Origin: Camelus ferus
Taxonomy: Eukaryota
Direction: 5' to 3'
DNA length: 64,000 nucleotides
Assembly (NCBI RefSeq): GCF_009834535.1
Contig: NC_045711.1
Coordinates: 20,460,001-20,524,000 of the forward strand
In this document: piece after piece, positions 22,401 to 34,400 of the stretch
Position numbering within the stretch: position 1 is the stretch's first letter
How the letters are laid out: every line of letters begins with the position of its first letter
Notes under the pieces: model-generated
What the model saw: the letters and a program-made list of their open reading frames with translations, nothing else
The model's database searches: none
Told to the model about the DNA's origin: nothing
Program-made: the position numbers and the translations under genes

Positions 22401-25400
22401 GGGCCCCAGAGGAGACAGGATGCAGGCGGCGAGCTCCAGAACTAAAACGTTAGTTAACCACAACCAGCAGTGTTGCTAACACCGTCACTGAAACGGGATG
22501 GATACCCGGAAGGCAAGGATGGCTTTATGGGGGTAACTGACCCAGGACCTCACCACACAATCAAACTGAAGGAGGAAGAACACATGGGGTCATCTCGATG
22601 TGGAAAAAACAGCTCATAAAGCTTTATAGCCCGCTTACGATAAAGAAAAATTCTCAGGACACTAAGAATAGGAACTCCTGACTTGATAAAGGCTTTTCCA
22701 CAGCACACATCATCCTTCAGGCAAACTACTGCCTCCAACGTCACGGTCAAGGTCAAGCAGGGAAGCCCACTGAACTGGCTGCCAGTCAACAGACACCAGA
22801 GGCCCAGCCACTGCGACATGACAAGAAAACACTTGAGAGAAGGAGGAGCATCAAGACAAAAAACAAAACTGACATGATTTGCAGAGACTCCAAGTGAAGC
22901 CAAGCACTGCCGGAACCAGTGAAGCAACAAGCCCACAGCCTTCCAGCCCCCAGCGCCTCCTCAGGGGCCGAGCCCAGGAGGTGGGCAGCCCAGAGCTGGG
23001 GAATCCACATACCTCTACTGGCAGCAGGGTCTGTGAGCACTGTGCAGTGAGCGGTCACATGGAGGGACCCCAGAAGGCAGTGGAAGCTCAGTCGTATGAC
23101 TTGTGACAGCCCTACTGAAGAAGGTCCTGCACCAGCATCCAGCTGGAAAACTGACCCCACAGGGGCTCAGGCCTGTCCCCTAGCTTAGATGCTCCGACAG
23201 GGCTGCAACTGGTCAGGGCAGCCTGACCCACCAGACCGGCACCATCAGATGGAGGGGTGGAAGACACTGGTGCGATGCCAAGAGCCACCTGCAGAAGTGT
23301 CGCCCACCTGGGGGGGGGGCCCTTGCTCGAGGGGCCACTCTCTGACCCGTCACTGCCTGCTCAGTGTGACCCAAATTGCAGGACGCCTTCCACCGCTCAT
23401 GTCTGTTGGGGTCAGAGCAGTGGACAGGGGTGGGCATCACTGTGGGGGAGGGGGTGGGACAGGGACGGCTGGAGCCCGAGGCACTCAAGGACAGACTCAG
23501 CATCGAAGACAACGTGCTGCTGGCAAAACCTGCCCAACACTGCACTGGTGGTGGTGTCTACACAGTAAGTTCCACCTCAACAGAGCTAACCACACAGGGA
23601 AGACGTCAAAGCGGCAGCCCAGGGCCCAGGCCAGTTCATCCCAGCTCAGGGAGAGCTGCAGCCCTCCTCCCAGCTGCGGCTCAGGGTGGCCAGGCGCTCC
23701 CACGCCCCAGTCCCTGCCGGAGACGCCCAAGGCCCCACCCACAACGCCTGTGAAGGGTGAGCAAACTTGCCCTCTCCCGCCTGTTCAGGGAGCGCCCCAC
23801 ACGCCCACGGGCTGGTGGCACAGACAGCAGGGGAGCTGGGGGGATGCCCGGCTCAGGGGTAAGCGTGTGTGGGACAGTCAAGGCCAAACCTCCTTCACGT
23901 CAAAAGCCAGCCAAAACCAGCAGCCAGGCAGAAAGTGGCAGTGCCAGGAGGCGGGTTCTCCGGCTGTGACGTGGCTATGGGGACACACAGGTTTGCCAAA
24001 ACCTACCCACCTGTATTTCTAAAACGATGACTCAACGAAGCTGATCTCAGACCGAACAAAACCCCAAGAGCACTCCCTGGAGACAATGACAACGCTCCCG
24101 GCAACCCTGCTGTACCCCAGGCTGACCGGCCGGAGGTCAGGACACAGAGAAAGGACCCCGGCACCCAGCACGCCCTTACCGGCTCCGGCTCCGGCTCCGG
24201 CTCCAGCTGGGGCTCCTGGCCAGGCCTCGACTTCTTCGGCTTGGAGGGGCCCGCAGGGCTGGAGAAGGACTTTGGCAATTTGGCTGAAGATGACGTCAGA
24301 GGCCTCGCAGACCCGGAGGGGCCCCCCAGCCGCTGTCCTCCACCCGAGAAAGGAACAAAAGGGGCAGGCGAGGGCTCCTTCAGGATCTGCTCTGTCTGAG
24401 CGTCTGCGAGGCCGGCCCCCAGGCTGGCTGTCTCGTCCTGACGGCTCACATCACCCCGGCTGAGCCCCGCTGAGTTCAAAGGAAGCCGAGGGCCGCTGGC
24501 GGCCGGCTCGGCCGCCGTGGATGGCGTCAGGCTTCCCGGGCTTTTGCTCCAGGAGGGCCCAGGCTCCTGCTTGCCGGCAGAGTCACATCGCTTCATGGCA
24601 AACCTGCAGGGGGAGGCCCGGAGAGCAAGTGAAACTCCACACTCAGCCCCTGCCCCCGGACTCCGGCGTTGTGCCCTCTGGTGACAGCCACACCGAATCC
24701 AGTCCCGTGGATGCTCGACTCCCCACGGCCCCATCCCGTCCACCGCTCCTGGGGACAGGAGCACATACGGGGCCCCCACGCAGCCCTGTCCACCCTGCAG
24801 CCAGCAGACTCCTGACCGGACACACCGCGCCCCACGGCGCCCAGCCTCCCAGGCTGCTGGCGGGAGAAGCCACTGGGCAGGGCAGCTGGGCGTTCCCATG
24901 TTTGCTGTTCCCTGTCCTCAGAGACCCCAGCTCTCTTTACCAAACCAGACTCAGACGCCCCCACCTGATGATGGCACTGCCCCCGGTGATGCCCAGCGAC
25001 TGCAGTGTTGTGCTCTGCAGGGCAGCCCTGCCAGTCACCTGTTGGGAGGGAAGGACATCCCGCTGACCCCTCCCTAAGCGCCCTCCACCTGCCAAGCCCA
25101 CCACGCACCACCTGCCTCCACCCGGGCACTGTGTCATGGGTACCGCAGGGTCCCCCAAAGGCATGGGTCCAGCCCCTGCACCCTAATCTACACCCACGTG
25201 TTTGTCAGCTGGCCCGCATCGGTCCCCCCACCCCACCCCATGTGAGGGCTTGGCAGGCAGAGCTCGGGCCAGGTGAGCCACATCTGGACCGCGCACCAGC
25301 CCTCTGAGCGCTGGGACTGACCACGATGGCCCCAATCCAGGCCCAGATGCCGGAGGCACGGTGGTCTGTCTCCTCCGGCGGAGGGAGGGCTCGTGCCCCA

Positions 25401-28400
25401 GACGCCTCCCACTCACAGCCCTGAAACCCCTGTCCCTCTCAGCCCCCGGTCAGGAATCTCCAACTGGGATAAAGAAGTGGGCGTGTCTCGTCCACATCGC
25501 GGGGCCCTCGGGGATGGCGGCCACCCAGGGCCAGGAGAGGGCGCTTGGCCAGGGTCAAAACAAAAAGCCCCTGTGAGCCAGGGGACCAAGCGCCAGGAGG
25601 GTCCCCCGTCACGGGCGGGCAGGCGGGGACAGCAGGGCCTCAGTGCCAGGCCAAGCCTGCACCACGCCGCACTCCGTTTTGAAAAAGATCAAAACACAGA
25701 GCAAAGCAAATATTTATTAAAATGAAACCACTTTTGTAACTCCTGGGCTTTAAGAGAAGCTGAGAAAACAAACAGGGCTCTGAGGGAGGTTTGGGAGCAG
25801 CCCGGGCGGCCCGCGGTCGGTTCCAGTGGAGCCGGCGTCGTGCCTTTTTTCCATGAAACACATCACGCTTTCAGAGCCCAAGTCTCCCTGTCGCTGCTTT
25901 GAAGGCAGGTCTGAGGGAGTGAATTTTCCAACTGGAAAGTGGGGCTGGGCCTGCGTGGAGACAGGGAGTGGGCGGCGGGGCGCGGGCCGGGCGAGCGGGC
26001 CGGCAGCTCACCTACCTCACCCCTCATGTACACGCAGACTGGGCTGGCCTCACACGGCTGCTCCAGACGCTCCCTGCAAGGACAGAAGAGAAAGCGCCAC
26101 AGGTGGCTGCTGCCGGGGGGCACGGGGGCCTCCGGACAGTACCCAGCCAGTCACCGTGGAAAACTGCCCACCCCGACTGCCCCCGTGGCTGGCCATCAGC
26201 AAGTGGCCTGGGGGTGTCTCCCACCTGCCTCCAGGCCCAGAGCACAGGAAGGACACGGAGCAGGGGCACAAGCCTCGGGTCACTGTCAGCTGTGCTTGGG
26301 GTTGGCAGTGAAAACCTCCCAGGGACCCTGAGAAGCACCAGTAGCACTTGGCACGAACCCACTATGTGGACTCTGAGGAGGGCTTGGGGGTGACACCAAG
26401 ACAAATGGGGCAGCGGAGGGGTGGACACAGCCACCAACGTCCTCCCCTGTAAACCAGAGCCTAAGATGGGAGGGAAGGGCACCGAGAAGGACAGGTGGAC
26501 AGGCCTGAGGATGCGGGTGAGCGGGCACACAATGTCACCCACACCCACGGGACAGCCATCCCCACCGCGCACTGACCTGCGCTGGCCCTCGAGGTTACAG
26601 GGCACCGCGTGGCCGAGCCCTGACTCAGGATGGTTAAATGCCTGACAGCAGGCCTGTGACAACCAAGTAAAGTTGAGTACTACATCTCCTGACACAGAAC
26701 TACAGAACTGGCCCCCAGATTGACGCCCCAGGCCCCAGGGCTCACACGGACACACCCCGCCGGGACAGGGAGAAAGTGGCTGGCTGTGAACACACACGGA
26801 CGCTCCAAACACTGGTGACCGCACTCTCCGTGTGGGCTCAGCTCCTTTCGCCACCTCTCTCATTCACTTTCAGTTTTTGCTTCTGAGTGTTCCCCTGGGC
26901 GAGGACACACAGCCCAGAGCCTGCTGCAGGGGCCCCTGGAGGAGCTCGCTCTCCCCAAGACTGTCCTTTACCAAGAAGCTGCTCCCCGGGGAAGGCTTCC
27001 GGCCCTCAACCAGGACAACGAGCAACGCAGTGCAGCCATGGTAGGTGTGGCCCTGCACACGCGGCGGGGCCATGTCGTGACCCAAAGGGCCGGGGAACTG
27101 GCCCACCAAGCCCCAGCAACCCCCAGCCTCAAGAAAACACGAGACTCCGAGGCGCCAGGGAGACGACCCCAGCCGGGCCCGCGCTCTTCGTCCTGAGGCC
27201 AAGACAGAGGCGGAGCGAGGGAGGTGCACTCCAGCAAACAGGATCGCAGGGCCAGGAGGGGGAAGGAGGTGGGGAGGCGTGGGGGTCCCCTTTCTCCCAA
27301 GGGCGACAGAGACAAACACCTGGGCTCAGAAAGCGGGCCGACCACCCGTCACGGGACAAGCGGGGTCCCCTCTGCTCTCAGGGTCTCCAGCCAGGAGTCC
27401 TCCCCAGAGATCCCTGCCCAGGGCACCCGATGGTGACACGGGGACCACAGATCATAAACAGGGATAGCGCGCGGCAGCGCCCGGGAAGGCCTGCTTGCCT
27501 GCCGCCCTCAGAGGCCTTGGACATCAAACAGCCGCGGCTTTGATGTCGGCTCCTCCAGGGGGATCAGGTTCCCGAGTGTGGGATCTGAGGAGAGGCCTGT
27601 AAACACGCCGAGGGGAGGAGTGGCCGCGATCGCTTCCAGACCTTCCCGGCCGATTAGCAGCCTCTCCCATCCGCGCGCGAGAACAGGGACCTGGGCGTTC
27701 CAGGGAGTGAGGGAGGAGAGCCGCCCCTCCCCCAGCAGGTCTTGCTGAAGGTCCGCGGGTCTCCAAGGGAACTCAGCGGGGCTCCCGGGACCCCTGGACC
27801 CTGGACCTGCCCCCACACCCCCGCCTGGGCAGAGCCACGGGGCGCCATTTGGCCTGGAAGACGGTGCCGGGGGGGGGGGGGACTGGTGGGGTCTCGTTCC
27901 CCCTAAGGCCAGCAAACCTGTGCCTGTGGCCCGGCCAGGGGCCGGGTGGGGCGGGGGCTGTGGTTGCTGTGTTCTTCACCCCCGCGGAGAGGCCACCTCA
28001 TGGGCTTGGGCCGTGACCCGTGGGCTTGGCCATGACACCAGGCTGGGAGCAGAGGGCAATGGGCTTCGGGGAGAATCTAGCCTGGCGGTGGCACCTGGAG
28101 CCTTCCCTGCAGAGATGCCCAAGAAGCAGAGGTGAGACTGGCCAGCCCACTCGAGGCCAGAGTTATCTACGGCGGGTACTGGCCCACGTGGGCCTGAAGC
28201 ATGCCCAGAGCCGGCACAGGGGAGGCCAGCTCCAAGTGTGAGAGCTCCTACCAACAACAACATAGAACACCTCCTCCCCCGCTGACCGCGTGTACAGAGG
28301 GCGATACCTGGGACATGCCGGGAGGAGTTAACTGTATTCCTGAAATTAACTGCACCTGCTTTCACTTTCCTTTGCTGTGGCTGCCAGAACACTCTGAATC

Positions 28401-31400
28401 ACCTCTGTGTCCTGCACATGTGGCCCACGTGGCCCGAACACTGGACAATTAGTTGCTCCAGACGCTGGGGTCAGAGCCGGGCACCATCCACCCTGATCCC
28501 CAGGCAAAGGAGCCGCCGCCTGACCAAGAGTGGACCTGTGCTCACCCACTACGGCTCCCGGCCATGCCCGGCACACCAGCAGCTCTTGGACACTTGCCTC
28601 CTCCTGAAAGCTTCCCGTGAGAAAAACCAGCTTCCTGCCCATCCCACTGTGGGGACCCCAAGACTTGGGATTCCCAGAGCTGCCAGTCCCCGGGTGTCAG
28701 GGGGCCGCCCCACGTTGGCAGGGCCCCGCAGTGGTGGGCGGCTGACTGCACTCCTGCTCGGCCGCAGCACAGCCTCACCAGCTCATCCGGTATCTGGCCA
28801 CAACGTGGGGGCCGAAGACGCCACCCACCCTGGCTCACCTGAACCCTACTTCAAACACCAGCTTCCAAGAAAAGGCCTGGATCCGTGCTCCTGGAGATGA
28901 CGCCCAGGCAAGTCCTGGTCTGTGGTCCAGCAATGCCGCATCTAGAGTGGGGCACAGACCTCCAGCCGCTCACCGAGTGACAGCAGAGAAATGACCAGCT
29001 GCCTGGCATCGGTGGGCATGCAGCACACATAACAGGAAACAAGGCCGCGGGAGTGTCCAGGAAGACAAGATGGAGTCACAGCAGAAGAGAGGGTGGAGGA
29101 CACCCCCCCCACGTGATCACCCCCAGGGCCTACCTCCTCCTGTCGTCACCCTGTTCTTCTGCCACTGCCCCACCACCCCCAACCCGTTCTATTCCTTACA
29201 TCTTAAGGCCAGCTTACCAAGTCAGCCAGTCCTGAGAGGCTCGTGTGAACCAGTGTTCCCAGCACCTTGGTGCCCTCCCCAGAGGCAGGCCCTCGACCGC
29301 CTGGCCGATGGCCTGAGAGCCAGGGGAACTTCGGCCATCATGACAACAGGGTGACCCGGGCTCCCCTGTGCTGGCAGCTGAGGAACCACCGGCCTTGCTG
29401 CCCTGGGTCACTCCTCATTTTGGTGGGAACAGCCTGAGCAGAAGGCCCCAGAGGCACCTGTGTCCAATGTCTGCTGCCCCGAGGGGCCCCCTCCGCTCCC
29501 CGCGCCCCACGTCTGCTCCTCCCGGGTGGATCCGCCCACCTGCCCTGCGACGGAGCAGTCCCAGCAGCTAACTTGGAGGGTACATGCGGTACACACACGA
29601 CCTTCCGAGTCCAAAGATGGCTTTGTTCCACCCTCACCCCTCAATAATCTGGCAAAACAGAGAATTCTAGAACAGGTCAATTTCCTGCAGCATGCTGAAG
29701 GCACCGCTCGGCCACCTTGCTGGTGGGGCCACAGGGAGCCTGAGGCCTGTGGAATCAGCCCTCAAGCTGAGCTCCAGAGGCGTCCCACTGATCCAGGCGC
29801 AGGAGGCCGTCACCCTGGAAACACACACCTTCAGTTCCGGGACTGTTTACCGTCTCCCGTTTCCTCTTGTGTCTCTCTGTTCTCTTTCCAGAGACGCAGC
29901 AGCAGGAGCCACGTCCTGGCCTTCCGGCTCCCCTTCCTCCGGCCTCCCTCCAAGTGGTGGGCCGCTTGGCTCTGCAGCTGCTCCCCAGGAGGCACCTCAG
30001 CCAAGACGGCAGGGACCCTGCGCCCCGGGTCCAAGTGTCTCATGGCCCCACATGCCCTCACGCGTCTGCCACCGCTGCAGATCAGCCAGGCCGGCTGACC
30101 CTTGGGCACACGAGCAGCCCCGCAGCGCCTCGTCACAGGTGGCCGGGGCTGACCACTGCACCTCCCACTGCGGCTCTCCTTTACGTCCCAAGCACCCTTT
30201 CTTGTCACTGAGCATTCCCTTTCCACGGCACCCAGCCGCAGTTCCAACAGCTTCTCCCTCCTGGGAGAACAGGACCAAACGCCACCACCCATCCCAACAG
30301 TGGCCGTCTCTTCCTGGCTGTCTGTGCTGGCCTCTCACAGCAGTCGTCTTGCTCAGACATCTGGGCACACTTGGCTGTGGCTCTCGTTTACACCTGGGGC
30401 CCTGGCCGCAGTGCAGCTGCCTGTCATTTTCTGGGTGGGGACCTGGGGAGCCACCCAGGCCCACCATCGGGAGCTGCCGGTGTGCCGGGAGCCACATGGG
30501 GGGGGGGCTCAGGCTCACCTGACCCCCTGTTCTCAGGACAGGGCTCACAGCCCCAGCCATGCAGGCACCCCCAGTCCAGAGAGCCTACCCTGCCCAGGGA
30601 TCCACCTCTGGCACCAGCAGCATGGAGTGGGAGGGGATCCAGGACTCCATCTCATCGAGCACCTGCCCTGGCTCCCCACCACGTCCTGTGCCATCACTGC
30701 CTCAGCTCCGTGCCCACTCTGCCCGTCTTCCAGGCTGTATCTCTGCACAGTCCCCTGAGGTCATTTTAGAAGCTTTCTGGGATGGAGAAGAATCACACGC
30801 TGGGTTCCAAGTGTTCCTCCCACTCCTCATTGCTGCCCCCAGGCCTTTGCACTTGCTGCCCCTTGACCCAGGTGGCTCCTTCCCTGAGCCTGGTGCATCT
30901 GGCTCCTCCAAGACCTCCCCCCACCTCTCACGGCGTTTTGCCTTCTCTGTGAAATCTGACTGCTCTGTATACCTGCCTGTCACTTCTGGGAGACCAGCCC
31001 CTAGCTCCCTGCTTTAGACCCAGCCCGGCCCGTGCTGAATAAGCGAAAGAATGAAGGAGAAACAGAGGCAGAGACCCCACTGTTTCAGCAGCACAACAGC
31101 TAAGAAGGCCAGTGCTGGCATCCCAGGCCCTGGGCTCCGAGGAGCCCCATTCTCCTCTGGGTCTCCATTCCCTCTGCTGAAAATAAGGGCACCAGCAGCC
31201 CGACCACCCAGCTAACGGCAGGTGCCGAGGACAGCACAGGGACGTGGCGGCCTGTGTACTCATCTCAGTGGCACCAGGTGGGGTCACCTGAGTGGGGGCG
31301 GAGAGTTCTCTCAGGAGAGTGGCCGGGTAGGGCAGAGGCTGGCTGCAGGGTCGTAGGAGCAAGGAGGGACCCCTGCGTCTTATCACAGAAAGAACTGGGC

Positions 31401-34400
31401 AAGAGGGGACACCAGCACATAAGGTGGGCAGAGGAGCCCATCCAGGCGGTGCGGGCCAGGGAGCAGGAATCTGGCTGTGGGCGCCACGATCAGATCAATC
31501 AGACCAGAGCAGGCTTTCCTACAGTGAGGCCCCGTCACCGGGGGCCCTACCCAGCGCCCCCTCTTCCGCAGAGACAAACCATGGGCCAGGCCCTGATATC
31601 AGCACTTGAGACACATTAAGTCATCTCATCTTCACATCACCCTTCGGAGGCCCAGAGAGGGCAAGCAACTTGCCCACGGCCACACAGCAACCAGTGCACT
31701 CTCCCACAGTCCCTTCCACACTGTTGGCAAAGATCTTCAAAAGCAGACATACTTTTGTCCCACAGTGAAAAACCAAAACTTGAAAGACTACCATTTTGAC
31801 ACATTGAGGAGCAAAGTTTAAACCACTAATCACCAGATAGAAGCTGACAAGCTCGTCCAGGAGAACTATGACCAGCTGTCACACAGGAAACCCAGCAAGA
31901 AAGACAGGCCACTGGCAACCAGCACCTGCTGGTACAGCTGATGAACAACGGCCCGTCTCCCCACACCAGTTCTCTTACCAGGGCCATAAAGCCCCAGTGG
32001 CACAGCCTCCGGCGCAGGCACAGCTCGGGCTTGTGGTCGAGACCAGTCCCGCTGATCGTGGCTGCATCCCTGCCACAGAAGGTGGCAGAGCCTGGAACCT
32101 ACCCTCTGACACTTACCTGGTCTGTGCAAAATGGCTGAGAAGCTCCCAGAGCGTCTGGCCTGAACAGAAAGTATCTTGCAACCTGGAGCCATCATCCAGC
32201 TGCAGAGCTATGCGCACCTGCGGGGGAGACGCGGAACCCAGTTAGGGAGAGCAGCGGGTCCCGCTGGGCTGGGTCTGATCCTCATGGGGCCGGCGGAGGG
32301 CATGCCCCACCTCCGGGGCTCTGGGGGTCTCACGGGCACGTGGGAGCCAACACCAGGGTACGTGCCACTCCTCTGCACACGCTCTGCCAAACCTGCAAAC
32401 GTCTGTTTGCTGTTGTGTCTCAAGGGGCCAAGTTTTGGAGTAATTCGTTACATGACAGACAACTAACATGCTGTGTTCGCTGAATTCTTCTCACAAATGA
32501 CGACGCTGCTTTATAAGTCCATCTTTAACCATTGTCTCCCTAAATTAAGACACGAGTCTATAACCCAAAAGGGGGTAAGTGCTCTCCTGTCTCTCTGCCA
32601 AGTGAGACAGACGCAGAGCAGGAGCTCGGCCTGCCCCACCCCACCGGCCAAGGCCCCGCCTTGACCCCGCCCACCACCCCATCCCACCCATGGCCCCGCC
32701 TGCTTGCCCCACCCCACCGGCCACGGCCCCACCCAGCCCACGGCCCCCGCCCACAGGCCATGGTCCCGCCCGCCCCACCCACGGGCCACGGCCTCGCCCA
32801 TGACCGCGCCCACAGGCCCCCGCCCACCTGCCCCAGCCCAGCCCCTCTGACCCCGGCCCAGCAATTGATTTTCTAGGTTGTAGCTGCTCCTGCCTTTCTG
32901 GCCCAGGGACTCTTCTTCAGGGGCACAACTATTTATGTGAAATCCCAGTAATAAACAAAGGAGGAACTGCTCGTGGGAAAGTGCGAGGGGGTTTCCTAAT
33001 CACACCCCAAGGAATCCCCAAGGGAAGTCAGGGTTCCTTCTACATGAAAGGCTGAGAACCACAGCTGCAATGGAAAAAGAGGGGTACTAGGCTCAGCCCC
33101 CGCCGACTCCCAGCGCGCTCTGGAGAGCAGACATTGCCCCTGGGCCCCAGACTCCTTGTCTCTGGACAGGGAGGAAAACCACTTCCCTGCCGTGTTGGGA
33201 GAACACATGGCTTTGCGTGTAAAGGACTCACGTAGGCACAAGAGGGCAGCTAACACTGTGATTACGGTCTCCATCCACAGTGACCCAACCGTCACTCACT
33301 AAATCTCTGGGACCTAAAAGTTATTGATTTGGTAGAAGGCAGTGGGCTGCAGTTGGAAGACTCGGGCTGCGGTCTAGCCAAAACCTGTCCACAGAGGCCT
33401 GTGCCAGCTGTTTCCCCGTCCCACAACTGAGGCTGTGCTGGACAACGCACAGAGCCCTGCGGGATCTAAGATTCTTGATGGTTTTATGACCAGAGACACC
33501 AGGTCACATGGTGAATGCTGCCAGCACGGTGAGACAGACACAGCACAATTAATCACCCCACCACTCCAAAAACATTCAGCGTAAGGAATGAAAAATCTCA
33601 TCTCCAATCATCAGTTTTCAAAGCAGAAAAGTGGCCCCAGCTTGACCGATAGAAGGCAGCCTCCCCCTGAGGATGGGTGCCTGGCTTGCAGGGCCCTCTT
33701 CCGGCAGCAGGCATGCCCCTGCCCATCTGCTGGGCCTGCTGAGCACCCTGCAGTCCAGCCTGAACGAGGGAGCCGGGAGAAGCAGTATGGCCGGCCCCCG
33801 CCTGAGCGCCACCTACCATGGTCTCGGGCCCCTCGCGGCTCCGGGAGATGGGCACCATCTCCAGCTTGGCGTTATTAGGCAGGTTGGCAAATCTCCACTG
33901 GAGAGAGAGGTCAAGCACATTTCTCTGAAACCTGAAAAACAGACCAGAGCCTTGGGCTGCCTGCGGACCCGAACACGCCCCTGTCCAGTCCCCATGCAGC
34001 CCAGCCAGGAGCAGGGAACAGGCAGAGTGAGGGCCGGCGCGCAGAAACAGCAGGTCCCCAACCCCAGCACAGGGTCTCTGGAAGGAAAGAGAGTGAGTGC
34101 TGACAGCTCAAGCAAGAATGGAAGGAACACGGGCAGGTCACCCCTGGGCAAGCCGAGGGCCTGCTCCCCCACCCTGGGGAGCAGTGACCAGCCCGAAGAC
34201 AGACCCAGAAAATTCCTAATAGAGCAATGCCCCGTGGTTGAAGCAGTCCAGCCACAGTGGTCACTCTCCCTGTAACCGGTCCCCAAAGACCAGTGACAGA
34301 TGGCAAAGGTGCCAGAGAACCACACATGAAATGAGCCGGTCTGAAGTCCCTGCGAAGAGCCAGGCCCTCATGGCAGCCGAGACTCGCAAAGCCAGGGGCT

